A stretch of 63,930 nt of DNA, counting the filler, from Nitrospirae bacterium CG2_30_53_67 (GTDB lineage Bacteria > CG2-30-53-67), in the NCBI GenBank assembly GCA_001873285.1. It is 7 parts of 7 records of this genome, joined end to end, with 100 filler letters (N's around TTAATTAATTAA, not from the genome) between each part and the next. Parts side by side here need not be neighbours in the genome. Positions count along the whole stretch, not along the records: positions 38,996 to 46,886 come from MNYV01000182.1; positions 46,987 to 53,184 come from MNYV01000077.1; 5 more parts are not named here. The stretch is one strand, 5' to 3'. Numbering within the stretch: position 1 is the stretch's first letter; every line of letters starts with the position of its first letter. This document shows, piece after piece, positions 39,468 to 49,734 of this stretch. Made by a program: the position numbers and the translations under genes. Below the pieces are notes generated by a model that saw nothing but the letters and a program-made list of their open reading frames with translations, was not told the DNA's origin and made no database searches.

Positions 39468-40487
39468 TCAGCCCGTCTTGTTTCTGACCAGCCGTACGGC
39501 AAGTTTGACCGCCTCTGTCAGGCTCGCCGGGTTGGCCGTCCCTTTTCCGGCAATGTCAAAAGCGGTCCCATGATCCACCGACGTCCGGATGATGGGCAGG
39601 CCCAGGGTTACATTCACACCTGAATCAAAGGCGATCATCTTGAGCGGGATCAGGCCCTGGTCGTGATACATACAGACCACGGCATGGTACCGGCCGTGAT
39701 AGGCCTGATAAAAAACCGTATCCGGAGGGAGAGGCCCGGTCACGTCTATCCCCTGTTCCCATGCCTGGGCCACGGCAGGGGAGATGATCTCTTGTTCTTC
39801 TCTGCCGAAGATCCCGCCCTCTCCGCCGTGGGGGTTGAGTCCGGCCACGGCGATCCTGGGATGATCAAAATCCAGGTCCCGCATCCCCTGGTCTGCCAGG
39901 CGGATCTTTTGAAGCACCCCTTCTATGGTAATCCTTGACGGGACCTCTTTCAACGGGATATGGGTAGTGACCAGGACCACGCGGATGGGCCCGCCGATCA
40001 GCATCATGGCATAATTCGTGCTCCCTGTCCTTTCGGCGAGTATTTCGGTATGGCCGGCATAGATGAAGCCCGCACGATGCAGGGCTTCCTTGTGGATGGG
40101 GGCGGTGACGATGGCATGAATATCCCCATTTTTTGCCAGTTCTATGGCACGGAACAGATATTCCACGGATGCACGGCCGGCTTTAGCGGATATCCGTCCT
40201 ATGGAATATTCTCCGATCTGGATATTCGCCAGATCCATCAGCAAGGGATCAGGGGATTCGGGTGAGATGGCGCCGGGCCCGGATATGCGCTTGCATGGGT
40301 TCCTGACACCGATGAGCTCCGCCGCGGCATCGAGAACCGCGCCGCATCCGATGACCACCGGAATGCATACCGAGCAGATCTCCTTACTGGAAAGGAGAGA
40401 AAGGATGATCTCCGGCCCGATGCCGGCAGGATCGCCCATGGTGATCCCGATGACAGGCCGATAGGGTGTGGGGGCGCTCTTTTGCAT
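39468..40487 (-). CDS. pdxA: 4-hydroxythreonine-4-phosphate dehydrogenase
   Basis: ITMGDPAGIGPE, TAPIHK, GHTE, GLNPHGGE, MYHDQG, RTSVDHGTAFDIAG. Confidence 0.95.
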   Translation of the reverse strand: MQKSAPTPYRPVIGITMGDPAGIGPEIILSLLSSKEICSVCIPVVIGCGAVLDAAAELIGVRNPCKRISGPGAISPESPDPLLMDLANIQIGEYSIGRISAKAGRASVEYLFRAIELAKNGDIHAIVTAPIHKEALHRAGFIYAGHTEILAERTGSTNYAMMLIGGPIRVVLVTTHIPLKEVPSRITIEGVLQKIRLADQGMRDLDFDHPRIAVAGLNPHGGEGGIFGREEQEIISPAVAQAWEQGIDVTGPLPPDTVFYQAYHGRYHAVVCMYHDQGLIPLKMIAFDSGVNVTLGLPIIRTSVDHGTAFDIAGKGTANPASLTEAVKLAVRLVRNKTG

Positions 40488-40582
40488 ACCGGTTAACCCT
40501 AACAGGAATTTAAAATGTTTGTCAATGCATGAAATGCATCCGATCACAAATAGATTGGATCTATTTTTAGTTCTCTTTAGGT

Positions 40583-40610
40583 TTGACAAAGACCGATTCA
40601 GTGATATAAT
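40583..40610 (+). promoter_or_regulatory. Near-consensus sigma70 promoter for DUF4912-GH57
   Basis: TTGACA-16-TATAAT with an extended -10 TG. Confidence 0.65.
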
Positions 40611-40710
40611 AAAAAACTTATTAAGATAAAAACATGGCGATAAATATGCCGCAACTACTTCTACTTATGCCTATGTCCGGTATGGTGGGCTTTGTTCAAG
40701 GAGGACTCGC

Positions 40711-41934
40711 ATGAATATGAAAAAGAGTGTTCTCGATAAGATGAACAAGAATTCCTTGATGGACCTTGCCAGGAAGATGAGCATCCCGGGCCGGAGCAGC
40801 ATGACCAAGAATGCGTTGATCGAGGCCCTGCTGACCCAGGCAGAGGCTATGCCGGCCCGCGAGGCAGGTAAAGGGACAAAGAGAGCGCCTGCGTTTCGCA
40901 CGGATATCGGCGTTCAGGTTCTGAATAGAGAGGAAAAAGCCGTCAAGGCCCCGGTGAACAATTCGGGGATCCGACCTAAAACGGAAACGATTCAGTATAA
41001 GATCCGAAAAGGTAAAGAAAAGCCGGTACTTCGAGCGGATCCATTCGGCCTTATAGAAAGGAAGATCGTTAGAGGGACTCAGGAGACCCTGCAGCAGGAG
41101 GTGGAGCGGGGACGGTTTGATCTTGGGTCCGATCAGGCAAGCCCTTTTCAGGAAGTCTTCGAGAGCGGGAGCCTTCCCGAGGGCTATGGGGACACCAGGA
41201 TTGTCCTGCTGGTTCGAGATCCGTACTGGATCTACACCTACTGGGAGATTCAGGAGTCGGCTGTAAAGGAGGCCTTGTCCCTCCACAATCTCATGGGAGA
41301 TGAGGCTCAGAAGGTTGTGCGGGTTTATTGCGGTGACGAGAGCAGCAACTACGACATCGATGTCGAGGGACTGATTAACAACTGGTATATCAACGTAGGG
41401 CGCCCCAATACGGAGTTTTTCGTGGATTACGGCCTGCGGGTTCAGGGCCGGTTCATCCCACTGGCCAGGTCCAACCGGGTCCGAACACCCCGATCAGGCA
41501 TGTCCGAGGTGATAGACGATCAATGGATGACCCTGGAAGAGGAATCAAGGATGATCTATGCCCTCTCCGGCGGCTTCAGGATGGGGGAGGGGTCCCTGGG
41601 GCTCCAAGAGATGATGGAGAAGCGCCTCTGGGAAGAGATCTCGTCCGGCGCCGTCAGCAGTTTTTTCGGCAGCGGCCAGTTCCGGGAAAAGGAGCGGGAG
41701 CGGCGGTTCTGGTATCGTCTGGATGCGGAGTTGATCGTATACGGCGCAACCGATCCGGATGCCAAGGTGACCCTGCAGGGGAGGCCGGTAAAGCTCCGGG
41801 CCGACGGCACTTTTTCCGCCCGTTTTGCCTTGCCGGACGGGCAGCAGGAGATTCCTGTGACCTTCGTCTCACCTGATGAAATAGACAAAGTTACGATTAC
41901 ACCAAAGGTCATCCGGAATACGGGAAAATCTTAA
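40711..41934 (+). CDS. DUF4912 protein with a Rho-N-like N-terminal domain
   Basis: LARKMSIPGRSSMTK, LPEGYG..LLVRDPYWIYTYWE, ARSN, DAELIVYGATDP..DGTF. Confidence 0.88.
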   Translation: MNMKKSVLDKMNKNSLMDLARKMSIPGRSSMTKNALIEALLTQAEAMPAREAGKGTKRAPAFRTDIGVQVLNREEKAVKAPVNNSGIRPKTETIQYKIRKGKEKPVLRADPFGLIERKIVRGTQETLQQEVERGRFDLGSDQASPFQEVFESGSLPEGYGDTRIVLLVRDPYWIYTYWEIQESAVKEALSLHNLMGDEAQKVVRVYCGDESSNYDIDVEGLINNWYINVGRPNTEFFVDYGLRVQGRFIPLARSNRVRTPRSGMSEVIDDQWMTLEEESRMIYALSGGFRMGEGSLGLQEMMEKRLWEEISSGAVSSFFGSGQFREKERERRFWYRLDAELIVYGATDPDAKVTLQGRPVKLRADGTFSARFALPDGQQEIPVTFVSPDEIDKVTITPKVIRNTGKS

Positions 41935-41995
41935 AAAGACATTAGGTCGTACATACATCCGGCTGATTTACTTCCTGTTTTTTATCTTTAATTTT

Positions 41996-42285
41996 GGATC
42001 ATCTCCCGAAAAGTGGGTGAAAACATAAGGGTTCAAGGGGTCAAGGATTCCAGGGGTCAAGTGAAGTGCTGAAAACATAAAGAGCCGAGGGTCTTAGGGT
42101 TACGCTTCGCGTGCCCCGCTTTTTTCTATAATTGCCGTCTGCGATGGCTACTACACTAAGGCATCTTGGGTTCAAGGGTTTTAGTGTTTTTGTTTGGAGA
42201 TTTTGCTTGCGCTTAAGTATTTCACTTGAATCCTTGACCCCTTGAACCCTCGACCCCTTTTTACCCGCTAAAAGGGAGAAGAACC
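41996..42285. mobile_element. MITE-like element, copy 2 (290 bp, inverted relative to copy 1, with extra internal sequence)
   Basis: Reverse-complement match to 7555-7740. Flanks TTAATTTT/TTGATTTT. Confidence 0.75.
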
Positions 42286-42316
42286 TTGATTTTTTATTTC
42301 TATCCTCGAGGCGCCC

Positions 42317-43918
42317 GTGTTTAAAGGATATTTTTGTTTATTACTGCATGCCCATCTTCCCTACGTAAGACACCCCGAACATGATGATTTTCTGGAAGAG
42401 GACTGGTTCTATGAAGCCATGACCGAGACCTATATTCCACTCCTGGAGGTCTTCGACGGCCTGGTCAAAGACGGCGTGGATTTCAGGATCACCCTCTCCT
42501 TGACTCCAACCCTGATCTCCATGATGACCGATCCCCTCCTGCAGGAGCGGTATCTTCGGCATCTGAACAAGCTGATTGAACTCTCCCAGCGTGAAGTGGA
42601 GCGTACCCGGTGGCTGCCGGAATTCCAGCCTTTGGCGCAGATGTACTTCTATCGTTTCCATAAGGCTCGGGAATTTTTTGAGCATCAATGGCAGTGCAAC
42701 CTGATTTCCGCCTTCAGGAAGTTTCAGGACCTCGGCGTTCTGGAGATCATCACCTGCGCGGCGACGCACGGATTCCTTCCCCTCATGGACATATCGAGCC
42801 AGGCGGTCCGTGCCCAGATCCGGACGGCCTGCGACCACTATGACAGGCATTTCGGACGGCGTCCCAGAGGAATCTGGCTTCCGGAATGCGGATTCACCCC
42901 CGGAATCGATCAGATCCTCCACGACTCAGGGATCCGGTACTTCTTCAGCGAGGCGCACGGAATTCTTCATGCATCACCCAGGCCCAAGTACGGGGTCTTT
43001 GCCCCGATTCTGACCCCGTCGTCAGGGGTCGCCGCATTCGGGAGAGACCTGGAATCCTCCAAACAGGTCTGGAGTATGGAAGAGGGCTATCCGGGAGATT
43101 ATGAGTACAGGGAGTTCTACCGGGACATCGGCTTTGATCTGGAGTACGACTATATACGCCCCTTTCTCCATGGCGACGGGAACCGGGTCAACACCGGAAT
43201 CAAGTATTACCGGATTACCGGAAAGACTTCTCACAAGCTTCCCTACGATCCGCATCGCGCCATGGAGAAGGCGGCCGAGCATGCAGGGAACTTCATGTTT
43301 AATCGGGAAAGGCAGGCGGAGTTTCTTTACGATTATATCGGGAGGATGCCGGTCATTGTCTCGCCCTATGATGCCGAGCTGTTCGGGCACTGGTGGTATG
43401 AGGGGCCGGAATGGATCAACATCCTGATCCGTAAGATGGTCCATGACCAGAAGACGGTCCGCCTCATCACCCCGTCGGAATACCTCACGGAGAACCCCAC
43501 CCTCCAGGTCTCCATGCCTTCCATGTCGAGCTGGGGCTATAAAGGGTATTCCGAGGTCTGGCTTGAGGGAAGCAATGACTGGATCTATCGGCATCTGCAC
43601 AAGGCCTCGGAGAGAATGACCGAGATTGCCGACCGCTTCGGCAACGGCAGAGGCAACGGCCTCTTCAGGCGGGCGCTGAACCAGGCGGGGAGGGAACTTC
43701 TTCTTGCCCAGAGTTCAGACTGGGCCTTCATTATGAAAACGGGCACCATGGTGGAGTATGCCGTGAAGCGGACCCAGGAGCACCTCCTCCGTTTCGACCG
43801 CCTCTACAGGGATCTCTCCGAGAACCGGGTGGATGAGCATTACCTTTCCACGCTTGAATCCGTGGACAACATATTTCCGGATATCAATTACGAGGTCTAC
43901 AGGTCTTCATATTCATGA
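42317..43918 (+). CDS. GH57 1,4-alpha-glucan branching enzyme (DUF1957)
   Basis: LHAHLPYV, ETYIPL, ATHGFLP, GIWLPEC, YDAELFGHWWYEG, AQSSDWAF. Confidence 0.94.
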   Translation: MFKGYFCLLLHAHLPYVRHPEHDDFLEEDWFYEAMTETYIPLLEVFDGLVKDGVDFRITLSLTPTLISMMTDPLLQERYLRHLNKLIELSQREVERTRWLPEFQPLAQMYFYRFHKAREFFEHQWQCNLISAFRKFQDLGVLEIITCAATHGFLPLMDISSQAVRAQIRTACDHYDRHFGRRPRGIWLPECGFTPGIDQILHDSGIRYFFSEAHGILHASPRPKYGVFAPILTPSSGVAAFGRDLESSKQVWSMEEGYPGDYEYREFYRDIGFDLEYDYIRPFLHGDGNRVNTGIKYYRITGKTSHKLPYDPHRAMEKAAEHAGNFMFNRERQAEFLYDYIGRMPVIVSPYDAELFGHWWYEGPEWINILIRKMVHDQKTVRLITPSEYLTENPTLQVSMPSMSSWGYKGYSEVWLEGSNDWIYRHLHKASERMTEIADRFGNGRGNGLFRRALNQAGRELLLAQSSDWAFIMKTGTMVEYAVKRTQEHLLRFDRLYRDLSENRVDEHYLSTLESVDNIFPDINYEVYRSSYS

Positions 43919-43958
43919 TCCCGTACGGGATGCTCCCTACGGAGTCTGAGGGAATCGC

Positions 43959-44357
43959 TTGATAGAGACCAGACTCATCGCGAAGTTCATGGACGGCCGG
44001 ATCAGGAAAGGCTACTCGGACGATTTTCTCCTCTTGAATGAGACCTTCCATATGAGCGACACCCCGGACCAGGAAAATCAGGAAGAGATCCCCATGTCCG
44101 ACCTGAAGGCCGTGTTTTTTGTTGATGATTTTGCAGGGAATCCCCAGTATGTGGAGAAGAAGCGGACGAGCCGCCTCACATACCATAACAAGATTTCCAT
44201 CCGGTTTCATGACGGCGAGGAGATCATCGGGTATGCCAACGACGATTATCTTGGGTCAGATGTCATTCGGATCGTCCCTGCCGACCCCTTGAGCAACAAT
44301 ACCCTCATCTTTGTGGTGAGAAAGAACACAGTCTCAATTCTGCCTCTTGAAGAGTGA
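43959..44357 (+). CDS. Hypothetical protein (DUF6982-like)
   Basis: 132 aa: KFMDGRIRKGYS.DF..LKAVFFV.DF.G..FHDGE.I.G..PADP.SN. The family name is from recall. Confidence 0.7.
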   Translation: MIETRLIAKFMDGRIRKGYSDDFLLLNETFHMSDTPDQENQEEIPMSDLKAVFFVDDFAGNPQYVEKKRTSRLTYHNKISIRFHDGEEIIGYANDDYLGSDVIRIVPADPLSNNTLIFVVRKNTVSILPLEE

Positions 44358-44380
44358 AAAAGCGGCCTCCGGTAGACTCA

Positions 44381-44692
44381 TTAATAGTCATCAACCTCCG
44401 GCAAAGCCGGAGGCTTCCTATCTGCCGTGCTGGCACAGGCAGGGACGTTTGTCAGCCACTCAAAGGGGCCTATTCATAGACGGTTAAAAACACCCTCCCC
44501 GGAGTCCCCTCCTCTATGAGCCGTTGGCCCCGAGCCATAGGCCATCAAGGGAGGGGAGGCCCGCCGGCAGTTCCCTCGCCCCTTGTGGGAGAGGGTAAGG
44601 GTGAGGGGTAAGGCATTTCGGTCAACTGCATACTTCCGGAATGGCCAAACTCTAAGAGTCCCCCGGCAGAGCCGGAGGGGCGCCCTTATTTA
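44381..44692. mobile_element. Non-coding IS200/IS605-like remnant containing nested palindromic repeats
   Basis: Two related hairpins, CCTCCGGC-AAA-GCCGGAGG (44395) and CCCCGGC-AGA-GCCGGAGG (~44660). Internal GGGAGAGGGTAAGGGTGAGGGG and CCTATCTGCC..GGCAGG repeats. No transposase. Confidence 0.5.
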
Positions 44693-44723
44693 ATCAGCGG
44701 AACATCCAGCGGAAAGCCTATTT

Positions 44724-45320
44724 ATGCCGGTTATCGGGCTTACAGGAGGAGTTGCCAGCGGGAAAACCCTGGTCACGGACTATCTGGAACGAAAGGGGAT
44801 TCCGGTCATTGATGCCGACCGGATCGCAAGAGAGGTCGTCCGTGCGGGTGAGCCGGCCTATCGGGAAGTCATTCGCGCATTCGGCCCGGGGATTCTGGAG
44901 CGGGACGGGGCACTCAACCGGAAGAAGCTCGGGGCGCTGGTTTTTGATTCGCCGGACAAGCGAAAGAGGCTGGAGGCCATGATCCATCCCCGTGTCTATG
45001 AGACGGCATGGCAGGAGATCCGGCGGATACAGGCCCTTGATCCGGGCGCCCTGATCATCTTTTCTGTTCCCCTCCTTTTTGAGACCGGCCATGACAAGGA
45101 GGTGGACAAGACCGTCCTGGTCTATGCCGACGAGCCTACCCAGGTCCGGCGGCTCATGCAGCGGAACGGGCTTACCGAACCCGAGGCCAGGAAAAGGGTC
45201 TCGGCCCAGATGTCCATCGAAGCGAAGAGCAAAGCCTCGGATTACGTCATCCGCAACATGGGGACGGTCGAGGAGACCTACCGTCAGGTGGATGCCATCC
45301 TGTCTGAACTCAGGTTCTAA
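44724..45320 (+). CDS. coaE: Dephospho-CoA kinase
   Basis: IGLTGGVASGK, IDAD, LEAMIHP, VPLLFE, RLMQRN, QM. Confidence 0.96.
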   Translation: MPVIGLTGGVASGKTLVTDYLERKGIPVIDADRIAREVVRAGEPAYREVIRAFGPGILERDGALNRKKLGALVFDSPDKRKRLEAMIHPRVYETAWQEIRRIQALDPGALIIFSVPLLFETGHDKEVDKTVLVYADEPTQVRRLMQRNGLTEPEARKRVSAQMSIEAKSKASDYVIRNMGTVEETYRQVDAILSELRF

Positions 45321-45370
45321 GGGGATCTTCCGCTTGCCGTCATTCCCGTGAAAACGGGAATCCAGCCTTT

Positions 45371-46368
45371 TTAATTGGAATGCTTTCTTTTCACAGCGCC
45401 CAAGCGAACCCAAACGGGAATCGACAAAAATAATGCATATCCAAGGTCAATAGATTCTCCTGCCGTATTAATGGAACAGCCCCCTCCTCCACCGTCGCTG
45501 CTGCCGCCACTGACACTGCCCACGCTCTCCACTCCTCCACCATCCGAAGAGTTGCAGTTACCATCGCTTCCCGCAGATTGTCCCGGCGTACAAGTATCAA
45601 TAACCTGTCCGTTTACGCATCTTGTCTCCCCGGCAGCTTTGCAAACTCCTTCTCCGCAGACTGTAGATGCCGGTACATAGCCGTCATCAGCCACTCCATC
45701 ACAGTTTTCATCAATGCCGTTGCAAATGTCGTCGTTTCCTGTCGGCTGTCCGGGCGTACAGGTATCAACGGGTTGTCCATTCTGACAGATAATCTGTCCT
45801 GTTGATGAACAAGCTCCCACTCCGCAAGTTGTTGGTGTTGGCTGGATGCCATCATCTATTTCCCCATTATAATCATCATCAATACCGTTACAAACTTCCG
45901 GTGTATCGCCATGAACTAATTGAGCAGCGGTAAGCATCTGGGTTATAGTTGGTTCGGGAAGAATCAGGGCAGGCGTTGTACGGGTGGGTCCATCGGCGAA
46001 GTCAGGTGACCCTCTGAAGTCATAGATTAAATTACTCCAGTCGTCAGAAGCATGGAGTGAGGTCAGGAGGCCGCACAGAATTCCATTGTGCCTTCATGAG
46101 CGGCATCGCTTAATCCAATCCACAGGGGGCCGCCAACTAATGGGGCAAAGGTTTGCCAAACCCAGCTATTCTCGGCATCGTCGTTGATCGTGACGAGATC
46201 CCCGCCGAGGGATTGTGCCTCAGCTTCCGCACCGGTCCAGGTGTTACTGGTGATCGCATAATAAATATGGTTGTTAGCTGGATTGGTTTTTGGTCCTGCT
46301 TTGATGGCAGCCAGCGCGTCCTTTCCGGAGCATAGCAGGAAAATACCCCCGAATTTGCATGCCGTCAA
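45371..46368 (-). pseudogene. Fragmented surface protein: C-type-lectin-like piece, MopE-like Cys-rich metal-binding repeats and a GGGGGC-TM-basic C-terminal sorting signal
   Basis: ORF 46063-46368 has TWTGAEAEAQSLGGDLVTIND..WIGLSD and is truncated. ORF 45371-45937 has EVCNGIDDD and CNGIDENCDG repeats and GGGGGCS..TM..KRK. Confidence 0.65.
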
Positions 46369-46986
46369 GAAAAATATTTGGTGTCATATCCCTGGTGACA
46401 TTATGGTGTCTTTTTCTGTATTTTATTCCTGAAAACCGGAGAAAATACATCAAAGCAGGGGACGGTAGGCAAGAACTCGGGGGGAAAGGCCGCACCACTT
46501 CTCATCCGAGACCAGGGCATGGATGTGGGGATGGAAGCGGTCCGGATACTTCCCGAAGTGGTCCTTTCCAGGAATAGGGTGAAGCACAGAGAGGGTTGCA
46601 GGGTTGCTTCATCAAGGCGCGCGACTGAGGCGTACCCATCTGGTACACCGCAAGGAGCGGAACGCCGATGAAACCGCCCTACGGCACTCGAATGCCGCCG
46701 TATTCACGAATAGGGCCACTAAGTGTATTGTTTTCCGCAGCTTTACCCGGGGGCGGGTATTCTCACCTCGGCCGAATGCTCCTGACGGTCGTCAAGAAGT
46801 GGAATAACATGATCGGGTTGCTCAACGCCATCGACGGTCACACTCGCCACGCTGCCGTCGCCCGGTTGGAGCACGGTGATGTGGTANNNNNNNNNNNNNN
46901 NNNNNNNNNNNNNNNNNNNNNNNNNNNNNNTTAATTAATTAANNNNNNNNNNNNNNNNNNNNNNNNNNNNNNNNNNNNNNNNNNNN

Positions 46987-48206
46987 ACGATGGTCCCCCG
47001 TTTCAATTGCAATTCATCCATGGCAGAGAGCAGTCCATCCACTTCCCGCTGTCTTGTTTTCGGGTCTTTTAGGTTCCAGCAGACCTGGATCAACTGACGT
47101 TCTCCTCCTGATTCCGGCCACAGAACAAAATCAACTTCATTTCCCTTCCTGGTGATATAGTATTCCGGCGCAAAGCCCTTCCTGCGAAGATGCATATAGA
47201 CGAGATTCTCCAGGCGTGCCCCCCGATCCTCGGTCATTTGGAAGGACATGGCTCCCAGAAGTCCCGTATCGATCACATAGACCTTTTTCGGATTGACTTG
47301 CCGCGCCTTTACAGAGCGGGAGTGAAGCGGCGCCTGATAGACCAGGAAGGCATCCGTAAGGTGATCGAGATAATTATACAGGTTGTTCTTCGTACAGGGA
47401 GTGCCTTGGCTTTTTAGAGTATTGTAAAACTTGTTCACACTGAACCGTGTTGCCGGCGCGCTCATGATATGTCGAATGAGGGTCCTTAAGGCTGTGACAT
47501 TGCTGATCGCGTGCCGTTCCACGATATCGCGAAGAATTACAACGTCCAGGTAGTTTCGAAGCACTTGGCGTCGCAACTCATCGTCGAGCGATTGAACTTC
47601 AGGGAATCCACCCGTCTCACTATAGATTCCCATCATGTGTTGCAAGGTTGCTCTCATTTTGGATCCGAACCGGGGTGTTCCTTTTAGCTCCACCTTGTTA
47701 AATCCTAAAAATTCTCTGAAGCTGAAGGGAAATATTTCCGTGATGAGTGACCTGCCCCTTAAGGCGGTGGCAATTTCCGTACTCAGGAGTTTGGACGAAG
47801 AACCTGTTATACAGACGGACAATTGTTCTGTATCGAGGACGCGTCGTACGAACTTGTCCCACCCCTGGATACGCTGCACCTCATCCAAGAATAGATAACA
47901 TTGTCGTGTCTTAAAACCAGGGAACTTTCGATAGTAGGTTTCAAGGATGTGTTGAAAATCGGCTGCTGCAAAGGGGAGCAGTCGTTCGTCTTCAAAGTTC
48001 AGATACAAAAGCCGCTCTCTTTCAATTCCCTGTGCCAACAGCTCTTTCATTTGTTGATAGCAGAACCATGTTTTCCCGGAACGGCGCATTCCGATCACGA
48101 CATTGGCCTTGCGTGGTACACGAGAGATAAACTGATCGCGCGGGATGAGGTCCGGCAGAGGTCTCTCATGGAAGTCGTCGATGAGATGGTCTAAAATCAT
48201 TTTCAT
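46987..48206 (-). CDS. AAA+ ATPase with DUF4143 (3' end lost in gap)
   Basis: GMRRSGKT, LNFEDER, FLDEVQ, TGSSS, GGFPE, KKVYVIDTG, ENLV, EVDF. Confidence 0.9.
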
Positions 48207-48270
48207 ATACCAAATCTATCTTTATTTAAGAGATAAATCAAGTCAATTGTTTAACTTATTTGAAGAAAGC

Positions 48271-48543
48271 TTAGATGGCATCAGGAAGTTTCAATTGATG
48301 CTGTCTTCTGAACTGTATGGTCTTGTCTTTTATGCCTTGAGAAATATCGATGACGGGAATTTCGCGTAGGAGTTCCCTGATTTTTTGTTCTTCCCCGGCG
48401 GTCAAAGATGGGTAGGACAATAGCTCGAGTTCGGTAACAAAAGAAATATAAAATTCGCCTTCCGGCAAGGCAAGGATATCTATTTTCTTCCCTATGACAT
48501 AGAGAAGAATGTTCGTGTCAAGGAGGAATTTATTTCCACTCAC
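48271..48543 (-). pseudogene. Truncated PIN/VapC toxin
   Basis: LLDTNI..TELELL..LKLPDAI then a stop. Lacks the C-terminal TxD region. Confidence 0.8.
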
Positions 48544-48694
48544 TCCGCACCCGCCTTTGGTATTCTATAGGTTCTTCCTCAAGATGCACGGCGCCGGCGT
48601 AGGCTTTGAGCTTTTCCCTCGTCATGCCTTGGCGGCCTGATTTGAGCATCTGCTCGATTTCCTTCCATTCATCGTAGCTGATAATGACTTCGAC
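48530..48694 (-). pseudogene. 5'-truncated antitoxin partner of the PIN toxin
   Basis: Manual translation ..VEVIISYDEWKEIEQMLKSGRQGMTREKLKAYAGAVHLEEEPIEYQRRVRSEWK*. Overlaps the toxin start. Its 5' end abuts repeat R1. Confidence 0.65.
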
Positions 48695-48699
48695 TGAAA

Positions 48700-48961
48700 A
48701 AGCAAGGAGAAAAAGGGCGAGAAATTTCTCATCTCAAGGGTAGTCCGTTATCCGAGGGGCTTGCCTGTGTGCTCTTATTCCTTGTCTCCGGCGAATTCAA
48801 GGCAAGACAAACCGGATTGTCCGGTCGATGACAAGGGGACGTATGGATTGTCCGATCAAGCCTGTCTGCGCCTGCCTGTGCTGTGCGGCAGCACGCAGAC
48901 AGGTGCGGACACGCACATGCAAGCCCCGGTAAACCGAGGGCAAGTCGGACAATGACAAACT
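48700..48961 (+). repeat. Direct repeat R1 (~160-bp unit with nested inserts)
   Basis: Shares GAAATT.CTCATCTCAA..TTGCCTGTGTGCTCTTATTCCTTGTCTCCGG..GGATTG.CCG.TCAAG..CCCCGGTAAACCGAGG..AATGAC with R2 and R3. Confidence 0.9.
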
Positions 48962-49734
48962 GAAATTCCGGCCCGCTCGGGGATTGGGCCCATAGAGCAA
49001 CGTGCCCTAAATCAGGTAGGAAGGACTATAGGCGATGCTCCTCTCACGGTCGTAGTAAGAGAAGTTCTCCGAGAGCATCAGCATCCGCCCGTTTTCCACC
49101 AGCACAAGATCGATCTCCGCTCCGCCGTGGGGCGCCTGGTAATACGCCTCGTCCGGACATATCTCTCCAGCAGATCTTCGGCTTGGCTTGAGGTTGAAAT
49201 GCCGTTGGGGTATATGGCGAACACGAGGAAGAAGGCGGTTTCTGCCTATCATGATTTCATCAATGCAACGGTGACGACGGGTCATAGAGTATGACCCCAT
49301 TCCTCCTTTATCTTGATGGATTTGGCAAGAACCACTTCCAGGCAGGAATGATATCAATGGACTCATCTTCTCTTCTTATTACCATGAACGATAGGGTGTT
49401 CCGGGATACGAATATTCCCGTCCCTTGTTTCGGGGGTACTGCGCGGCGCAAGAAACAGGTTGCAGTGGGGCTGGTCTCAGAATAGCTAAAGAATTCTTTA
49501 GTTCTGGGAGCAGAATCTCAGATTCTGCTAACCCGACGAGATAGAATGAGGGAAAGAGGCTTTCACCCAAATTCTTGACTCCGCAACGGTTTTCTGTTAG
49601 CTTCTCATCAACGATTTAGAACCCTTCCAGGACGGACACGGGGAGGTCTGATAGTGTACAAGGGATTCGTGTGGTGATCGACAACCAGGAGGACCGGTCC
49701 GGTCTTCCCCGATTTTCTCTGGGTGTGACTGGCG

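Noticed and set aside
49007..49570. Short ORFs between R1 and the GHKL gene
   Set aside because: They look like chimeric scraps, one containing a DUF4143-like AEIDLVL piece. No intact gene can be supported.
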